A stretch of DNA of 64,000 nucleotides from Escherichia phage CMSTMSU. Shown here piece by piece: positions 42,183-52,762 of the stretch; position 1 is the stretch's first letter, and each line of letters begins with the position of its first letter. A program made the position numbers and the translations under genes. The notes under the pieces were generated by a model, which had not been told where the DNA came from, ran no database searches, and saw nothing but the letters and a program-made list of their open reading frames with translations. The DNA is taken from the sequence record MH494197.1; one strand, written 5' to 3'.

Positions 42183-42395
42183 TTAGTGCTCGATTAAAAG
42201 GGTTAGGATGTAATAGTATTGCATACTTTCTACCCCTTGTACAGCATTTCTTATTTTATTATTCCTGTACGAGTTCAAGAGTTTAGGACAATGTTTGAAG
42301 TTTATATAATTATTTTGTGTATACAGTAGGCTTTCTCGTAGACCTTTTGTTGGTAGTGCATCGATGTAGTACTGTTCAATGTTCATAGTGTTCAT
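42183..42395 (-). CDS. hypothetical protein, MYKEFY-related family
   Basis: MNTMNIEQYYIDALPTKG…. Confidence 0.45.
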   Translation of the reverse strand: MNTMNIEQYYIDALPTKGLRESLLYTQNNYINFKHCPKLLNSYRNNKIRNAVQGVESMQYYYILTLLIEH

Positions 42396-42690
42396 AGAGC
42401 TACCAGTACTAAGATTTTTGATAATTGTTTGTTTCTATCCCGCAGATGTTGTTGTGTAAAATGCTCACTACAAGGGTATCAAGTGCATTGTTCAGCATAA
42501 GGTTACATCCAGTACTGTTATATTTTTTAGCTCAATTAGCCACGAACAATCCGCGAGAAATTTCCCGTACTCTAGTTCATTTAGCGTATTAATGTAGTAC
42601 TTAAGTGCATTTGTCATGTACAGTTCTCCTTATATTCCTTCTATAGTACATCAGTACTGAAAGGTTGTCAAGGGTTTTCTTTTTGGGGTA

Positions 42691-42719
42691 AATATGATAT
42701 AATGAATAAAGGAGGAAAT
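42691..42719 (+). promoter_or_regulatory. conserved 5' cassette of RCC1 array unit 1: extended -10 (TGATATAAT) + AAGGAGG
   Basis: TATAAT 42698-42703, AAGGAGG 42709-42715, ATG 42720. Confidence 0.5.
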
Positions 42720-42958
42720 ATGTTACCTTTTGTAAGAATGGTTAAGTACGGGAATATTGCACCAGTACCGAAAAAATAAAGAAAGTTATAGCAGGATATG
42801 ATAATTTATATGTACTATATGGTGATGGTTCGCTATATGGTTGTGGAATCAATAACTATCAACAGTTAAATATTGATGGAACTGCTACACAAAATAATTG
42901 GGTACTAATTACCAATGGTGTTAGTAATGCATGGGCTGGTGGATACAATATTTTATAT

Positions 42959-43645
42959 TTGAAAGAAGATAAATTTATAATGCACGGAACTAATGTCTCA
43001 TTAGGTTTAGGAAATACTACAATTCCATTAGGTGGAGTAGATGTAACTTCTTCATTCCCAGATATCTCTAATATTAAAATGATATCCATTGGTTTTGATT
43101 CAATGCACTATGTTAGTGCTGATGGTACAACTGTATATGGAAGAGGTATGAACACAAATGGTTCTGTTGGTTCAGGTAGTACTTACTCACAGAGTACTTT
43201 CACTTCAGTACTGAATAATGGAACTAATCAGGTTATTGATATATTTGGTAACGTTAATAATACAGTGCTTCTAACATCGAATGGTGAGCTTCGAGCATGT
43301 GGGACAAGTGCTTATGGTTCTATAGGAAATGAAACTGGTAAGTGGACATCGTTTGGTTTAAAATTATCTGGCACTAAAATAATGGGTGGTAATGGGTATA
43401 GTACGCTTGCATATACAAATTCGGGAATGTACCACTCAGGGTGGCAGTTAAATGGGGAACTAGGAAATGGTTTAGATACTAACGTACAGGTATATCCATT
43501 TCAATTTAACTCTAAAACGATAGATAGCAAGATAGATAAAATTGCCAAATCATCATCTGGGTCATATGTTAACATGTACTCAACAACAGAAGGAAAGATA
43601 TATACGACAGGTTCGTTTGGTAAAACGGGTCAACTACTGCATTGA
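42959..43645 (+). CDS. RCC1-like repeat protein, unit 1 body (leader ATG at 42720 in another frame)
   Basis: Leader MLPFVRMVKYGNIAPVPKK stops at an A6 homopolymer; body has GxNxxGxLGxG-type repeats. Confidence 0.5.
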   Translation: MKEDKFIMHGTNVSLGLGNTTIPLGGVDVTSSFPDISNIKMISIGFDSMHYVSADGTTVYGRGMNTNGSVGSGSTYSQSTFTSVLNNGTNQVIDIFGNVNNTVLLTSNGELRACGTSAYGSIGNETGKWTSFGLKLSGTKIMGGNGYSTLAYTNSGMYHSGWQLNGELGNGLDTNVQVYPFQFNSKTIDSKIDKIAKSSSGSYVNMYSTTEGKIYTTGSFGKTGQLLH

Positions 43646-43866
43646 ATTTGTTCACCAATACATTAACACTTATAAATTACAATCCAGATACCGCCTCGTT
43701 GTATACGTGCACAAACTTCAGTGTTGTGTATGATGGTAATGAAACTATTGCTGTAAGTGGTAGTCCTACATATGTACCGAGGGCGTTGCCGCTAATAGAT
43801 GGACTACAATTCCATTACCCAAGTAATACTATGCCAGTACTTGATGCTGGCTTTTCTTTTGATTAA
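43642..43866 (+). CDS. RCC1-like unit 1 C-terminal fragment
   Basis: Frame continues through the terminator hairpin, so probably frame-disrupted. Confidence 0.35.
   Translation: MNLFTNTLTLINYNPDTASLYTCTNFSVVYDGNETIAVSGSPTYVPRALPLIDGLQFHYPSNTMPVLDAGFSFD
43833..43860 (+). terminator. rho-independent terminator
   Basis: GCCAGTActtgaTGCTGGC hairpin + TTTTCTTTT. Confidence 0.6.
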
Positions 43867-43893
43867 ATATAGTATAATGAATAAGGAGGAATT

Positions 43894-44286
43894 ATGTTAC
43901 CTTTTGTTAGAATGTTTGATTATGGGAATATAATCGAAGTTAATAATATAAAGAAAAGTGTTGTTAGTTACACTCTTGAAATGTTTCTAATGCAAGATGG
44001 CACTGTATATGCACACGGTGAAGATTCAAACTATAATGCGGGTTTAAGTACACAGTTTGTATCGTTAGGAGCAGTTCAACAAATCACAACTGAAGTTGAT
44101 GACTTATGGTTAGGATCGTTTTCCGTTGTTATTAAAGGTGATAAAATATATGGTTCAGGTTCAACATATGCATTCACGAATTCTAATACTTTCCAACAAG
44201 GATATACTGACTGGGCTGTGTATTTCACTGGTATAGATGTTACCCAAATTAAAAAATGTTATGTGGTTATACAGCATTTATATTAA
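43894..44286 (+). CDS. RCC1-like repeat protein, unit 2 N-part with conserved leader
   Basis: TATAAT-AAGGAGG-ATG cassette; MLPFVRMFDYGN. Confidence 0.5.
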   Translation: MLPFVRMFDYGNIIEVNNIKKSVVSYTLEMFLMQDGTVYAHGEDSNYNAGLSTQFVSLGAVQQITTEVDDLWLGSFSVVIKGDKIYGSGSTYAFTNSNTFQQGYTDWAVYFTGIDVTQIKKCYVVIQHLY

Positions 44287-44795
44287 TGAAAGACGGAACA
44301 CTTTATGGAAGAGGATGGAATCGAAGTGGTACATTAGGTTTAGGACATAAAAATTATGTTTCAGCGTGGACTGTACTTGACACTAATGTGGATAATATAT
44401 TTGGCGGTTACCTTGGCGATACATTGTTTAAGATTAAAAACGATGGAACTGTATATGGTTCAGGTTCAAATAACAGCTTTCAAGTTAAAGCAACATCGGG
44501 TGATGCAACCACATTTGTTCCGTTGTTTGATGATATATCTTATGATATAAAATGCAGTTTTGTTTCTGGTGTTGGTTTTGTAATGATAACATCTGATAAT
44601 AAAATATATGCAACTGGAACTACTTTTGCTGGTAGTGGTGCACATAGTAAAGTTTTTGATGTTGGTTTTACTATAGGTGATATGAGTAATATATATCATC
44701 CTGATTCGTTGGACTATTCGACTAGTGTTGTATTTTTAATTAATGCAGATACAAACAAACTAATAGCAACTGGGCATACCCATTTACGGAAGTAG
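44256..44795 (+). CDS. RCC1-like repeat protein, unit 2 body
   Basis: YGRGWNRSGTLGLG and similar repeats. Confidence 0.5.
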   Translation: MLCGYTAFILMKDGTLYGRGWNRSGTLGLGHKNYVSAWTVLDTNVDNIFGGYLGDTLFKIKNDGTVYGSGSNNSFQVKATSGDATTFVPLFDDISYDIKCSFVSGVGFVMITSDNKIYATGTTFAGSGAHSKVFDVGFTIGDMSNIYHPDSLDYSTSVVFLINADTNKLIATGHTHLRK

Positions 44796-45024
44796 TTCAA
44801 GTTCCTTCCATATTTTACAGCATTTCAAGAATTCAATTTTACATCGTTCAATTCGAATACACGATATAGTGGGTCTTTATACTGGAATACATTTTACGAA
44901 GGTAATAATGTATGGATGAATGGATATAATCCTGAAAATACGGGTGGAAAGAATTTCTCATTGTGTTCAATACCGTTAGATACTATTATTACTAAGCAAA
45001 TTGATTTACCTTTTTGAATACTAT

Positions 45025-45053
45025 GCCAGTACTCAAGTACTGGCTTTTATTTT
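45025..45053 (+). terminator. rho-independent terminator
   Basis: GCCAGTACtcaaGTACTGGC + TTTTATTTT. Confidence 0.6.
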
Positions 45054-45087
45054 ATTAAATATAGTATAATGAATAAAGGAGGGAAAT

Positions 45088-45606
45088 ATGTTACCTTTTG
45101 CAAGAATGGTTAAGTACGGGAATAAACAGCCTATTCCTGAACCAGTTGAGTTCACTGATGTTTTACAGCAACATTATACTAATGCTATGTATCTACATAA
45201 GCCCACGAATACACTATACGGTTATGGTGGTAATAACTTGAGCCAATTAGGTCTAGGGAATCAATCGACAGTTTCTACTTTTACAGTACTGGCAACGCAC
45301 TGTGCAGCCTTTTGGTTAGGCGTTCATGGCTCATTGATGATTGACTTGGATAATAGAATATATTTCACAGGGAATACAGTAGCATTCCCCGATTATGGAG
45401 ATGCAACTCCAGTTAATGGTTATTTTAGAACATGGACTGATGTTACTGCCGCATTTGACAAAATAAATGTACACGCTAATTTAATCAAGAGTGTACATAT
45501 AGGTGAAAGTACTAGAATATTACTACACGATGGAAGAGTAGTTGTTTGTGGTAAAATGCAAATGCCGAATGTGGAACAGGTAACCAAAATCCCATACCAG
45601 TACTAA
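45088..45606 (+). CDS. RCC1-like repeat protein, unit 3 N-part with leader
   Basis: MLPFARMVKYGN; YGYGGNNLSQLGLGN. Confidence 0.5.
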   Translation: MLPFARMVKYGNKQPIPEPVEFTDVLQQHYTNAMYLHKPTNTLYGYGGNNLSQLGLGNQSTVSTFTVLATHCAAFWLGVHGSLMIDLDNRIYFTGNTVAFPDYGDATPVNGYFRTWTDVTAAFDKINVHANLIKSVHIGESTRILLHDGRVVVCGKMQMPNVEQVTKIPYQY

Positions 45607-45784
45607 CAGTTGTTACTGGTATGGGTGAAGTTCTCAATTGGCGTGTTCATTACAGGGTACGCACTATCTCAAAACAAATAAAGAAGCATGGTTTTGTGGT
45701 AAGGATAACTTTGGTGAAAGTGGTGCTGGGACTAGCTCATACGTTTTACTAATAAGTTAATACGATCCAACGTCGATTATATAA

Positions 45785-46273
45785 GTGCTACTTATGATGT
45801 TACGGTGGTTCACTGCCGGTAGGGTGTACTGGAGTGGTAGAAACAATTCTGGACAAGCTGGGAATGGTACTACTTCAACCACAAACCAATTAACTACAGT
45901 TCAGAATTCACAGGTTATAGTGAATATTAGTGATGGTTTCCTGTGTCCTAGTAATATGGGTAACTCAACAATTGGTGCACCTATGGCTCAATACCCATCA
46001 TATGTCAGAGTGCAGGCATCAATACATATGGTCAAGAAGGGACGGAAATACAACAGTAATTACTTCGTGGGGGCGTTTTCTTTAAGTGCGATACAGGGTG
46101 GATATGACAATGTTCTTATGGCATCCAAAGACTGGTCCAGAACAATAATTATAACTAAAGATTATAAATTATATGCATGTGGGGGCTTTAACGGTTCAGG
46201 TGGTAACTTACCGGATGGTACTTCCGTAATTAAAACATTAACATTAATGCCAACGCAGTTATGGCAATCATAG
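45785..46273 (+). CDS. RCC1-like repeat protein, unit 3 C-part
   Basis: WSGRNNSGQAGNG repeat. Confidence 0.45.
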   Translation: MLLMMLRWFTAGRVYWSGRNNSGQAGNGTTSTTNQLTTVQNSQVIVNISDGFLCPSNMGNSTIGAPMAQYPSYVRVQASIHMVKKGRKYNSNYFVGAFSLSAIQGGYDNVLMASKDWSRTIIITKDYKLYACGGFNGSGGNLPDGTSVIKTLTLMPTQLWQS

Positions 46274-46282
46274 GAGAAAATC

Positions 46283-47404
46283 ATGTTACCTTTTGTTAGA
46301 ATGTTTGATTATGGAAATGAAGCACCTGATCCTAGTTCGGGATTTCGAATAATAAGTACAGGAGACGCATTACTATTAATTACTAAGAGTGGTGATTTGT
46401 GGGTGCGTGGTTATAACCGTTATGGCAAGTTAGGTATAGGTAATAACACCACTACCTATGTACTTGATTGGACGAAGGTTAGAAGTGATGTAAAGTTTGC
46501 GTGTGGTAGTGGATTGGTAACAGTTATCTTTACTAAGGGTAATCGCATATTGTACTGTGGTGACAAATGGTTTGAAACGGGTGGTGTTGGTAGTGCACAG
46601 ATTTTCACATGGACAGATGTTACGCACCAATTTGGGGCAGTAGATTTGAGTACAGTAAGGGATATGAAAATGTCTTATTACACGATTGGATTATTGACTA
46701 CTAATAATCAATTATACGCTAAGGGATATGATAATAACCTATCATTTGGTGGGGTTAGTAATAAGGCGACTGCTGTGTTTATTGCGAATAATGTACAAGA
46801 GTTGTATACGAGTTTAGTTAGTACAATCTACGTTGATACAAGTGGTATATTACATCGTTGTGGCATGAGTGATAACGGTTCGTTGGGTAATAATGTTAAT
46901 TTAACTTCGTATCTAAGTTATTCACAGACTGGTATGACGATTAAGGACATTGGAATGATGACTACGAACACTGGGTTATTATATACTGATTCTAGTGCAC
47001 GCACGAGATATTTTATTGCTGGACAGAACTTGAATAAACAGATGGGTAATGCGGCGGCTGCGAGTGCCATTACGAGTACTTACACAGAGCTTTCTGGTAG
47101 TGTTGATAAGTTTTCTTCTTTATGGGCGAATGATGGGATATTGATGACATTTGCTGTGGGTAAGAACACTAATCAGTTATTTTATGCTGGGATGAATACT
47201 TTTCATGCGAGTGGTGGTGTATCTTCATATGCGGATACATATGAGTTAGTCCCGATGGTGTTTAATGACATACAGGAAGTGTTATGTGCACAGCGTTTAT
47301 CGGTGGTACATGATTCTACGAAGTGGTATTACTGTGGTGATGCTAATTCAATGTATGGTTTACCGGACGTAAGTACTTTTACTGAGTTACCGTTGCCCTT
47401 TTAA
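46283..47404 (+). CDS. RCC1-like beta-propeller repeat protein (intact, 373 aa)
   Basis: Leader MLPFVRMFDYGN; about seven ~50-aa repeats (e.g. WVRGYNRYGKLGIGN); stop immediately before a hairpin terminator. Confidence 0.7.
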   Translation: MLPFVRMFDYGNEAPDPSSGFRIISTGDALLLITKSGDLWVRGYNRYGKLGIGNNTTTYVLDWTKVRSDVKFACGSGLVTVIFTKGNRILYCGDKWFETGGVGSAQIFTWTDVTHQFGAVDLSTVRDMKMSYYTIGLLTTNNQLYAKGYDNNLSFGGVSNKATAVFIANNVQELYTSLVSTIYVDTSGILHRCGMSDNGSLGNNVNLTSYLSYSQTGMTIKDIGMMTTNTGLLYTDSSARTRYFIAGQNLNKQMGNAAAASAITSTYTELSGSVDKFSSLWANDGILMTFAVGKNTNQLFYAGMNTFHASGGVSSYADTYELVPMVFNDIQEVLCAQRLSVVHDSTKWYYCGDANSMYGLPDVSTFTELPLPF

Positions 47405-47411
47405 TAATAGG

Positions 47412-47440
47412 TCAGTACTGAAATATGTACTGGTATTTTT
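47412..47440 (+). terminator. rho-independent terminator
   Basis: CAGTACTGaaatatGTACTGG + TATTTTT. Confidence 0.5.
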
Positions 47441-47476
47441 GTAAATACTATATAATTTAATTACGGAGATTTTATT

Positions 47477-48049
47477 ATGTTACCTTTTGTTAGAATGTTT
47501 GATTATGGGAACGTCGTTGAGCGACCTGTGGGTACACGTTATACCTGTAGTGACTATAGTGCGACTTATAGTTTAATAAAGGATGGTGTGTTATATGTAT
47601 CTGGGATGAATAACTATTATCAGTTAGGTAATAACACTAACGTAACACGTTACAACGAGTGGTTAAAAGTTCCAGAGACTGATAGTGTTAAGTTTTGTAG
47701 TACTGGTTATAGTCAGACAATGTATATTACTAACAATGGGAGGATAATGATAGCTGGTGAAGATCCTACTTCCAGTGCGACGGCGGTAAGTGTTAAGGTA
47801 TGGACTGATATAACTTCTAGATTTAGTGCAGTTGATACAAAGAAGATTGTTTATATTTCAATAGAACGCTTTGGTGTAATGATGATCATGCAAGATGGTT
47901 CAGTATGGGCGTGTGGAGTTGATAATACTGGTTGGAGTGGGCAGGAAGTAAAACTGTTGGTTTCTTTACTTTCAGACAAATATACACCGGAAGTGCAGGA
48001 AGTGCAGTTGCTGGTACTGCTGGTACTGGTACTGCGAGAATTCTGTTAG
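47477..48049 (+). CDS. RCC1-like repeat protein, unit 5 N-part with leader
   Basis: MLPFVRMFDYGN; YVSGMNNYYQLGNN. Confidence 0.5.
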   Translation: MLPFVRMFDYGNVVERPVGTRYTCSDYSATYSLIKDGVLYVSGMNNYYQLGNNTNVTRYNEWLKVPETDSVKFCSTGYSQTMYITNNGRIMIAGEDPTSSATAVSVKVWTDITSRFSAVDTKKIVYISIERFGVMMIMQDGSVWACGVDNTGWSGQEVKLLVSLLSDKYTPEVQEVQLLVLLVLVLREFC

Positions 48050-48320
48050 CTAATGGAACAATCTTGTCCGCTGGTACTAATACATATCATCAATGTAATG
48101 CTAGTACTGATCCGGCTGTTCTAACATTCACTGAATCATTCCACGGGTTGATCCTTCATTGATATATCAAATCAAGATGTGTAATAACAACTGTATTATA
48201 TTTTGAGTGATAAGAGATATTACGGTACTGGCTGGGAAGTTTTGGTGCATTGGGTGATGGTGATATTACGGGTTCGAATAATAAATTCTATGCAGGTACA
48301 TTGTCAGTTGCTCCTAAAAC

Positions 48321-48653
48321 ATGCGTGCTTATATGTCGTATCTATGTAGTTCTTCTGGGGATTCTAGTATGTACATAGGCGATGATAATTTCATATACAC
48401 CTGCGGTTATCGTGGGAGGAACTTAATAAATGCCACTACAGATATTGGTACGTTCACGAAATGCATTCAAAGTGCACAAGGATACAAGAATGGACTTATA
48501 TATAGTGGGAATTATTGTGCTGTAGTTTTTGATCCAGATTTGGGTTCAGGAATGTCATATGCGGTTTCATCACCAAAATTGAATGCACCAGCACCACAGG
48601 CGAGTGTTCCAACATTGGGTATGAGTTCGTTACAAGCTATTATTTTACCATAA
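48321..48653 (+). CDS. RCC1-like unit 5 C-terminal fragment
   Basis: Ends just before terminator 48661-48690. Confidence 0.4.
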   Translation: MRAYMSYLCSSSGDSSMYIGDDNFIYTCGYRGRNLINATTDIGTFTKCIQSAQGYKNGLIYSGNYCAVVFDPDLGSGMSYAVSSPKLNAPAPQASVPTLGMSSLQAIILP

Positions 48654-48660
48654 CATTATA

Positions 48661-48690
48661 CCAGTACTGAAATATGTGCTGGTATTTTTT
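48661..48690 (+). terminator. rho-independent terminator
   Basis: CCAGTACtgaaatatGTGCTGG + TATTTTTTT. Confidence 0.5.
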
Positions 48691-48815
48691 TAAATACATT
48701 ATAATTATTATATGGAGATTTTAGTTATGTTACCTTTTGTAAGAATGTTTGATTATGGGAATACAGTGGCTGCTCCCACTGGTATAAAGGATTTCAAGCA
48801 AATGGAAGCCACTGT

Positions 48816-49211
48816 ATGGCACTAACATATAGTGGTGAGATGTGGGCTTATGGTACAAGTACAAGTGGATCAATGGGAACCGGATTCACGGTGGGTGCTG
48901 CTGATAAGGGTTGGTACAAGTCTAACATTAGTAATGTTAAATCATTCAGTTCTAATATGCAGACTAGCACAGTGGCTTTGACAAATGATGATAGAGTGCT
49001 AGTTTGTGGCTCAACTAGATTTGACAAATTCAGTACTCCAGATATTGCATCATCTAACCTTGATTGGTTGGATGTTACTGATCATATTCCACAGGAAGTT
49101 ATTGATGCTGGGATGAAGCAAGTTATTAACCACGTATATTATGTTGCCATTTTACTGAAAACAATCTATTATATAGTGTGGCATTATCTTTGGGTAATAC
49201 TAGTACTATAA
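48816..49211 (+). CDS. RCC1-like repeat protein, unit 6 fragment (leader ATG at 48726)
   Basis: Leader MLPFVRMFDYGNTVAAPTG… terminates early in a different frame. Confidence 0.45.
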   Translation: MALTYSGEMWAYGTSTSGSMGTGFTVGAADKGWYKSNISNVKSFSSNMQTSTVALTNDDRVLVCGSTRFDKFSTPDIASSNLDWLDVTDHIPQEVIDAGMKQVINHVYYVAILLKTIYYIVWHYLWVILVL

Positions 49212-49310
49212 TAGATAGAACATGGAGAAGAAATACATTTGGTGATATACAAGTTGAACGTGTTGTTTCGTTGACACAAACCCCAAGTGGTCCTTTGTGT
49301 ATAGTTCAAG

Positions 49311-50324
49311 ATGCAGACGGATACCAGTATGGTATTGGATATAATGGTAATAAGATTATTGATAATACTTCCACTAATTCATATTCTGTATATACCAAAA
49401 TGGGTACACTTCCTTACAATGAATTTGCCATATCGAATAGCGGGAAATTCAGTTCAGCGGTATTATCAGATGGGAGAAGTGTTTATAGTGGTACATTTCC
49501 AAAGTCATTCAATAATAGTTTTGGTTCATTTTGAAAGTTGGTGCGGTATCAGATACTGTGTTTGGTTTAGATGCAAAAATATGCGTGGTCAATATGGTCA
49601 AAATCAATTACCAATTGCGTCGGCTGATAACAATGCAAGTAATGGCGTTGTGAACCTTCGTAATGTTCCAGCGGGAACACAAACGAAAGACATTCGATTT
49701 ATATGCGGAAATGATGTAAAGAACGTTTATATCATATACACAAATGAAGACGGCATTAGCTCATTTTATGGATTGGGACCAAACTTTGATCAAAATTCCT
49801 CAACATATGCACAATTCGTCAAAGTGGATTTGCGGGGCATTATCAAATTAAGGAGAGAAATATGTTACCTTTTGTTAGATTGTTTGATTATGGGAATATC
49901 ACACGGTCCTAAAAATATAATTAAAGTTGGTGCTTCTACACAGGGTCAATTCTTATTGACAGATTCACATGATTTATATTACATAGGTAGAAATCAAGGT
50001 GGTGAATCTGGAAATGGAAATACCAACACAGTATCCTCATGGATATTAGTAAGTACAGATGTTTCTAATTTTTTCGTGGGTGATCGTACACTTGTTATTA
50101 TTAAAAATGATAATACGATATGGTCATCAGGTCAAACGTACTGGTTCACATCTTCCACAACTACTTCTTACAGTACTGTATTAGTTGATAGAACCAGTTG
50201 GTTTACCAATGCCATACCAGTAAGTGAAATTGCTGATATAGTATGTTCGTATGGTTTAATATTTGTACTTAGCACTAGTTCAGTACTCTATGGTGCAGGG
50301 CTAATGGATATCGTGGTGCTTTAG
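49311..50324 (+). CDS. composite ORF spanning units 6/7 (RCC1-like, frame-disrupted; internal leader ATG at 49862)
   Basis: Internal aaggagagaaatATGttaccttttgttaga leader in another frame. Confidence 0.4.
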   Translation: MQTDTSMVLDIMVIRLLIILPLIHILYIPKWVHFLTMNLPYRIAGNSVQRYYQMGEVFIVVHFQSHSIIVLVHFESWCGIRYCVWFRCKNMRGQYGQNQLPIASADNNASNGVVNLRNVPAGTQTKDIRFICGNDVKNVYIIYTNEDGISSFYGLGPNFDQNSSTYAQFVKVDLRGIIKLRREICYLLLDCLIMGISHGPKNIIKVGASTQGQFLLTDSHDLYYIGRNQGGESGNGNTNTVSSWILVSTDVSNFFVGDRTLVIIKNDNTIWSSGQTYWFTSSTTTSYSTVLVDRTSWFTNAIPVSEIADIVCSYGLIFVLSTSSVLYGAGLMDIVVL

Positions 50325-50966
50325 GTATTGGTTCATCATCAATTTACACATTAACTCAATGTGCTACTAATGTGCGTAAAGTAATGACGAATGCAAATGA
50401 CAGTATGTATATTACATTAGATAATAAGTTATATAGTTCTGGGTGGAATGACCGTGGATTACATGGCACAGGAACAGAACACAAGTTAACATTTGGGGAC
50501 TGCGTAGTTCTGGTGTAATAGATGCAGCTATTGGTGGACATACACTCAATTACTATAATGGTACATCATATTTCACATGTGGTACAACTCCAAACTTTCT
50601 TAGTTCAGATTCAACTACATTCAAAGCAGTTCCTGTAAGTACTTTACCTAATAATTCACCTTTGTTTATGACAAATTCAGAGGCAACAAGCACGGCTACG
50701 CAAATTATATTAACTAGTGCATATCAGAAAGGTATTGGAAACCGTGGTTTGGGATTAAACAATTCTCAAACGGTGCTATCTATAGTGCTGCTAATTTACA
50801 ATTACCTGTAGAAGTTAGTGAGATTAGTGATGTTGCTTTTAGTGACGGATTAACATCATTATTAACCAAAGACGGAATGTATATAGTACTGGATCGTATT
50901 ACGCCATTCCGTGCAAGTGCAGATGTTGCAGTCTTTACTAAAATTGATTTACCAAAATAACATAAT

Positions 50967-50993
50967 GCCAGTACTTGATACTGGCTTTTCTTT
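50967..50993 (+). terminator. rho-independent terminator
   Basis: GCCAGTActtgaTACTGGC + TTTTCTTT. Confidence 0.6.
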
Positions 50994-51028
50994 GGTTAAA
51001 TATAGTATAATGAATAAAGGAGGGAATT
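50994..51028 (+). promoter_or_regulatory. conserved 5' cassette (TAAATATAGTATAATGAATAAAGGAGG) of RCC1 unit 8
   Basis: Identical module upstream of at least 11 units, always between hairpin terminator and ATG. Confidence 0.5.
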
Positions 51029-52198
51029 ATGTTACCTTTTGCAAGAATGGTTAAGTACGGGAATATTGCACCTGTTCGCCCTGAAATAAAGAAATTGGAT
51101 GGTAGTCAATTACATGTCGGATTACTATATAGTACTGGTAATATGTATATGCGTGGTTCTGGTTCGAACTACAAGTTAGGTACAGGTGATGCTAGTGATG
51201 TATTAGATGGTTGGGTACATGTACCCTATGAAGTTGATGATTTTTGGGCGTGTGTGTCCGGTACATTAATAAAGACTAAAGACAATAAGTTATATTGTGC
51301 AGGACTATACATGGGTGGATATTTTGGTGCTAGTGGTTCATATGTTAACTGGACTGAAGTAACTTCATTATTTGTGGGTATTAACGTCTCACAAATAAAG
51401 AATATAGAATTTACATCAGCGAGTACTTCCGGTAGTACACTAATATTGATGTTAGATGGTAGTTTATATGGGTTCGGTATGAACAGTAGGTCGGAGTTAG
51501 GTGTTAATAACAAAGTCGTATCTCCTATTCTTATAGATACTGGGGTAAGTTCAATAGGAGCACATAAATTAGGTGGTTCATCGTTCCATTATATAAAAGA
51601 CGGTAAGTACTACAGATGTGGGACCGCGATTGGTAGTAATATAGGAAGTTCTTCTTTAACTACATTTACTGAATTGAGTATTGCTGATAATGTTATATCT
51701 ATGCAAATATTATTTGACAACGTACAGTTATTATGTTTTGGTAGTACTGGATATAGTATCTATATGGCTGGTTCTAATGATTATGGTGGAAGAGGTGTTG
51801 GTGGTAGTACTGTTTACACTACATTCAGGAAAATAGATCTTACTGGATTTGGTGTTGTTCCCAGTGAAATACTATTTGAAAATGCAGGGAATGGTTATGT
51901 TAATATATCAACTGATAGTACTGGCATATATACATGTGGTGGTGGTGCTGGTGTTAATGGTTTAGGTAGACCGAGTAATGTTATATCAAGTTCACAGTTG
52001 GGTTTGATTGAGTTCAGTACAGGATTATACCCAGCAAATATAAGTCGTGTATTTTCACAGAGTTCATCTTCTGTTATATATTGTATAGTTAATAATGAAT
52101 TGTACTGGGCTGGGAGTAATTCATATTTTACTGATCAAACTACAAATACTGGTACACAATTTTCATTTATTAAGATGAAGGATATGCCTTCTGCTTAG
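51029..52198 (+). CDS. RCC1-like beta-propeller repeat protein (intact, 389 aa)
   Basis: Leader MLPFARMVKYGN; preceded by terminator + TATAAT + AAGGAGG; stop directly before hairpin terminator. Confidence 0.7.
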   Translation: MLPFARMVKYGNIAPVRPEIKKLDGSQLHVGLLYSTGNMYMRGSGSNYKLGTGDASDVLDGWVHVPYEVDDFWACVSGTLIKTKDNKLYCAGLYMGGYFGASGSYVNWTEVTSLFVGINVSQIKNIEFTSASTSGSTLILMLDGSLYGFGMNSRSELGVNNKVVSPILIDTGVSSIGAHKLGGSSFHYIKDGKYYRCGTAIGSNIGSSSLTTFTELSIADNVISMQILFDNVQLLCFGSTGYSIYMAGSNDYGGRGVGGSTVYTTFRKIDLTGFGVVPSEILFENAGNGYVNISTDSTGIYTCGGGAGVNGLGRPSNVISSSQLGLIEFSTGLYPANISRVFSQSSSSVIYCIVNNELYWAGSNSYFTDQTTNTGTQFSFIKMKDMPSA

Positions 52199-52205
52199 AT
52201 TTTAT

Positions 52206-52233
52206 GCCAGTACTCTGTACTGGCATTTCTTTA
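52206..52233 (+). terminator. rho-independent terminator
   Basis: GCCAGTACtctGTACTGGC + ATTTCTTT. Confidence 0.6.
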
Positions 52234-52265
52234 TTAAATATAGTATAATGAATAAAGGAGGAAAT

Positions 52266-52760
52266 ATGTTACCTTTTGTAAGAATGTTTGATTATGGGAA
52301 TGAAGCACCTGTGCCAGTTGGTATAAAGATGGTAAAAGTTTTACAGAATAATGTGTTTATTTTATTAGAAGACGGAAGATTATATGGCAGAGGGCATAAT
52401 TTTTACTATCAATTAGGTACTGGTAGTAGTTCTCCTACTATAGTTGAAGAGTGGGTTTTATGTTTAACTGATGTAAAGGAATTTTGGACTACTGGTGATA
52501 CACAAGGAATATTAGTACGTAAAAATGATGGCACATGGTGGAGTACTGGTACTCAAATCTATCGTGGTGTTAATACTACTTATCGTGTATGGACAGAAAT
52601 ACTTGGTATTTTTAATGATGTGAATGACACATATAGTAAAATAGTTATAGGAAGCGGCGTTACATTATTATTAACAATAGATAATAAATTATATAAGATG
52701 GGTGACAATAACAACGGTGAAGTTTTACTGGGGCTGTTGGTCAAAGAGTATCAGTACTGA
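52266..52760 (+). CDS. RCC1-like repeat protein, unit 9 N-part
   Basis: Track ORF 52248 trimmed to the SD-supported ATG; YGRGHNFYYQLGTG. Confidence 0.5.
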   Translation: MLPFVRMFDYGNEAPVPVGIKMVKVLQNNVFILLEDGRLYGRGHNFYYQLGTGSSSPTIVEEWVLCLTDVKEFWTTGDTQGILVRKNDGTWWSTGTQIYRGVNTTYRVWTEILGIFNDVNDTYSKIVIGSGVTLLLTIDNKLYKMGDNNNGEVLLGLLVKEYQY

Positions 52761-52762
52761 CA

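Noticed and set aside
42665-42670. TTGTCA as the -35 element for RCC1 unit 1, and a MotA-box-like GGCTTTTC in the terminator 3' arm about 30 nt upstream of each TATAAT
   Set aside because: TTGTCA is 27 nt from the -10, which is too far. The MotA-box resemblance is imperfect and could simply reflect the terminator stem, so only the -10 and SD are called.
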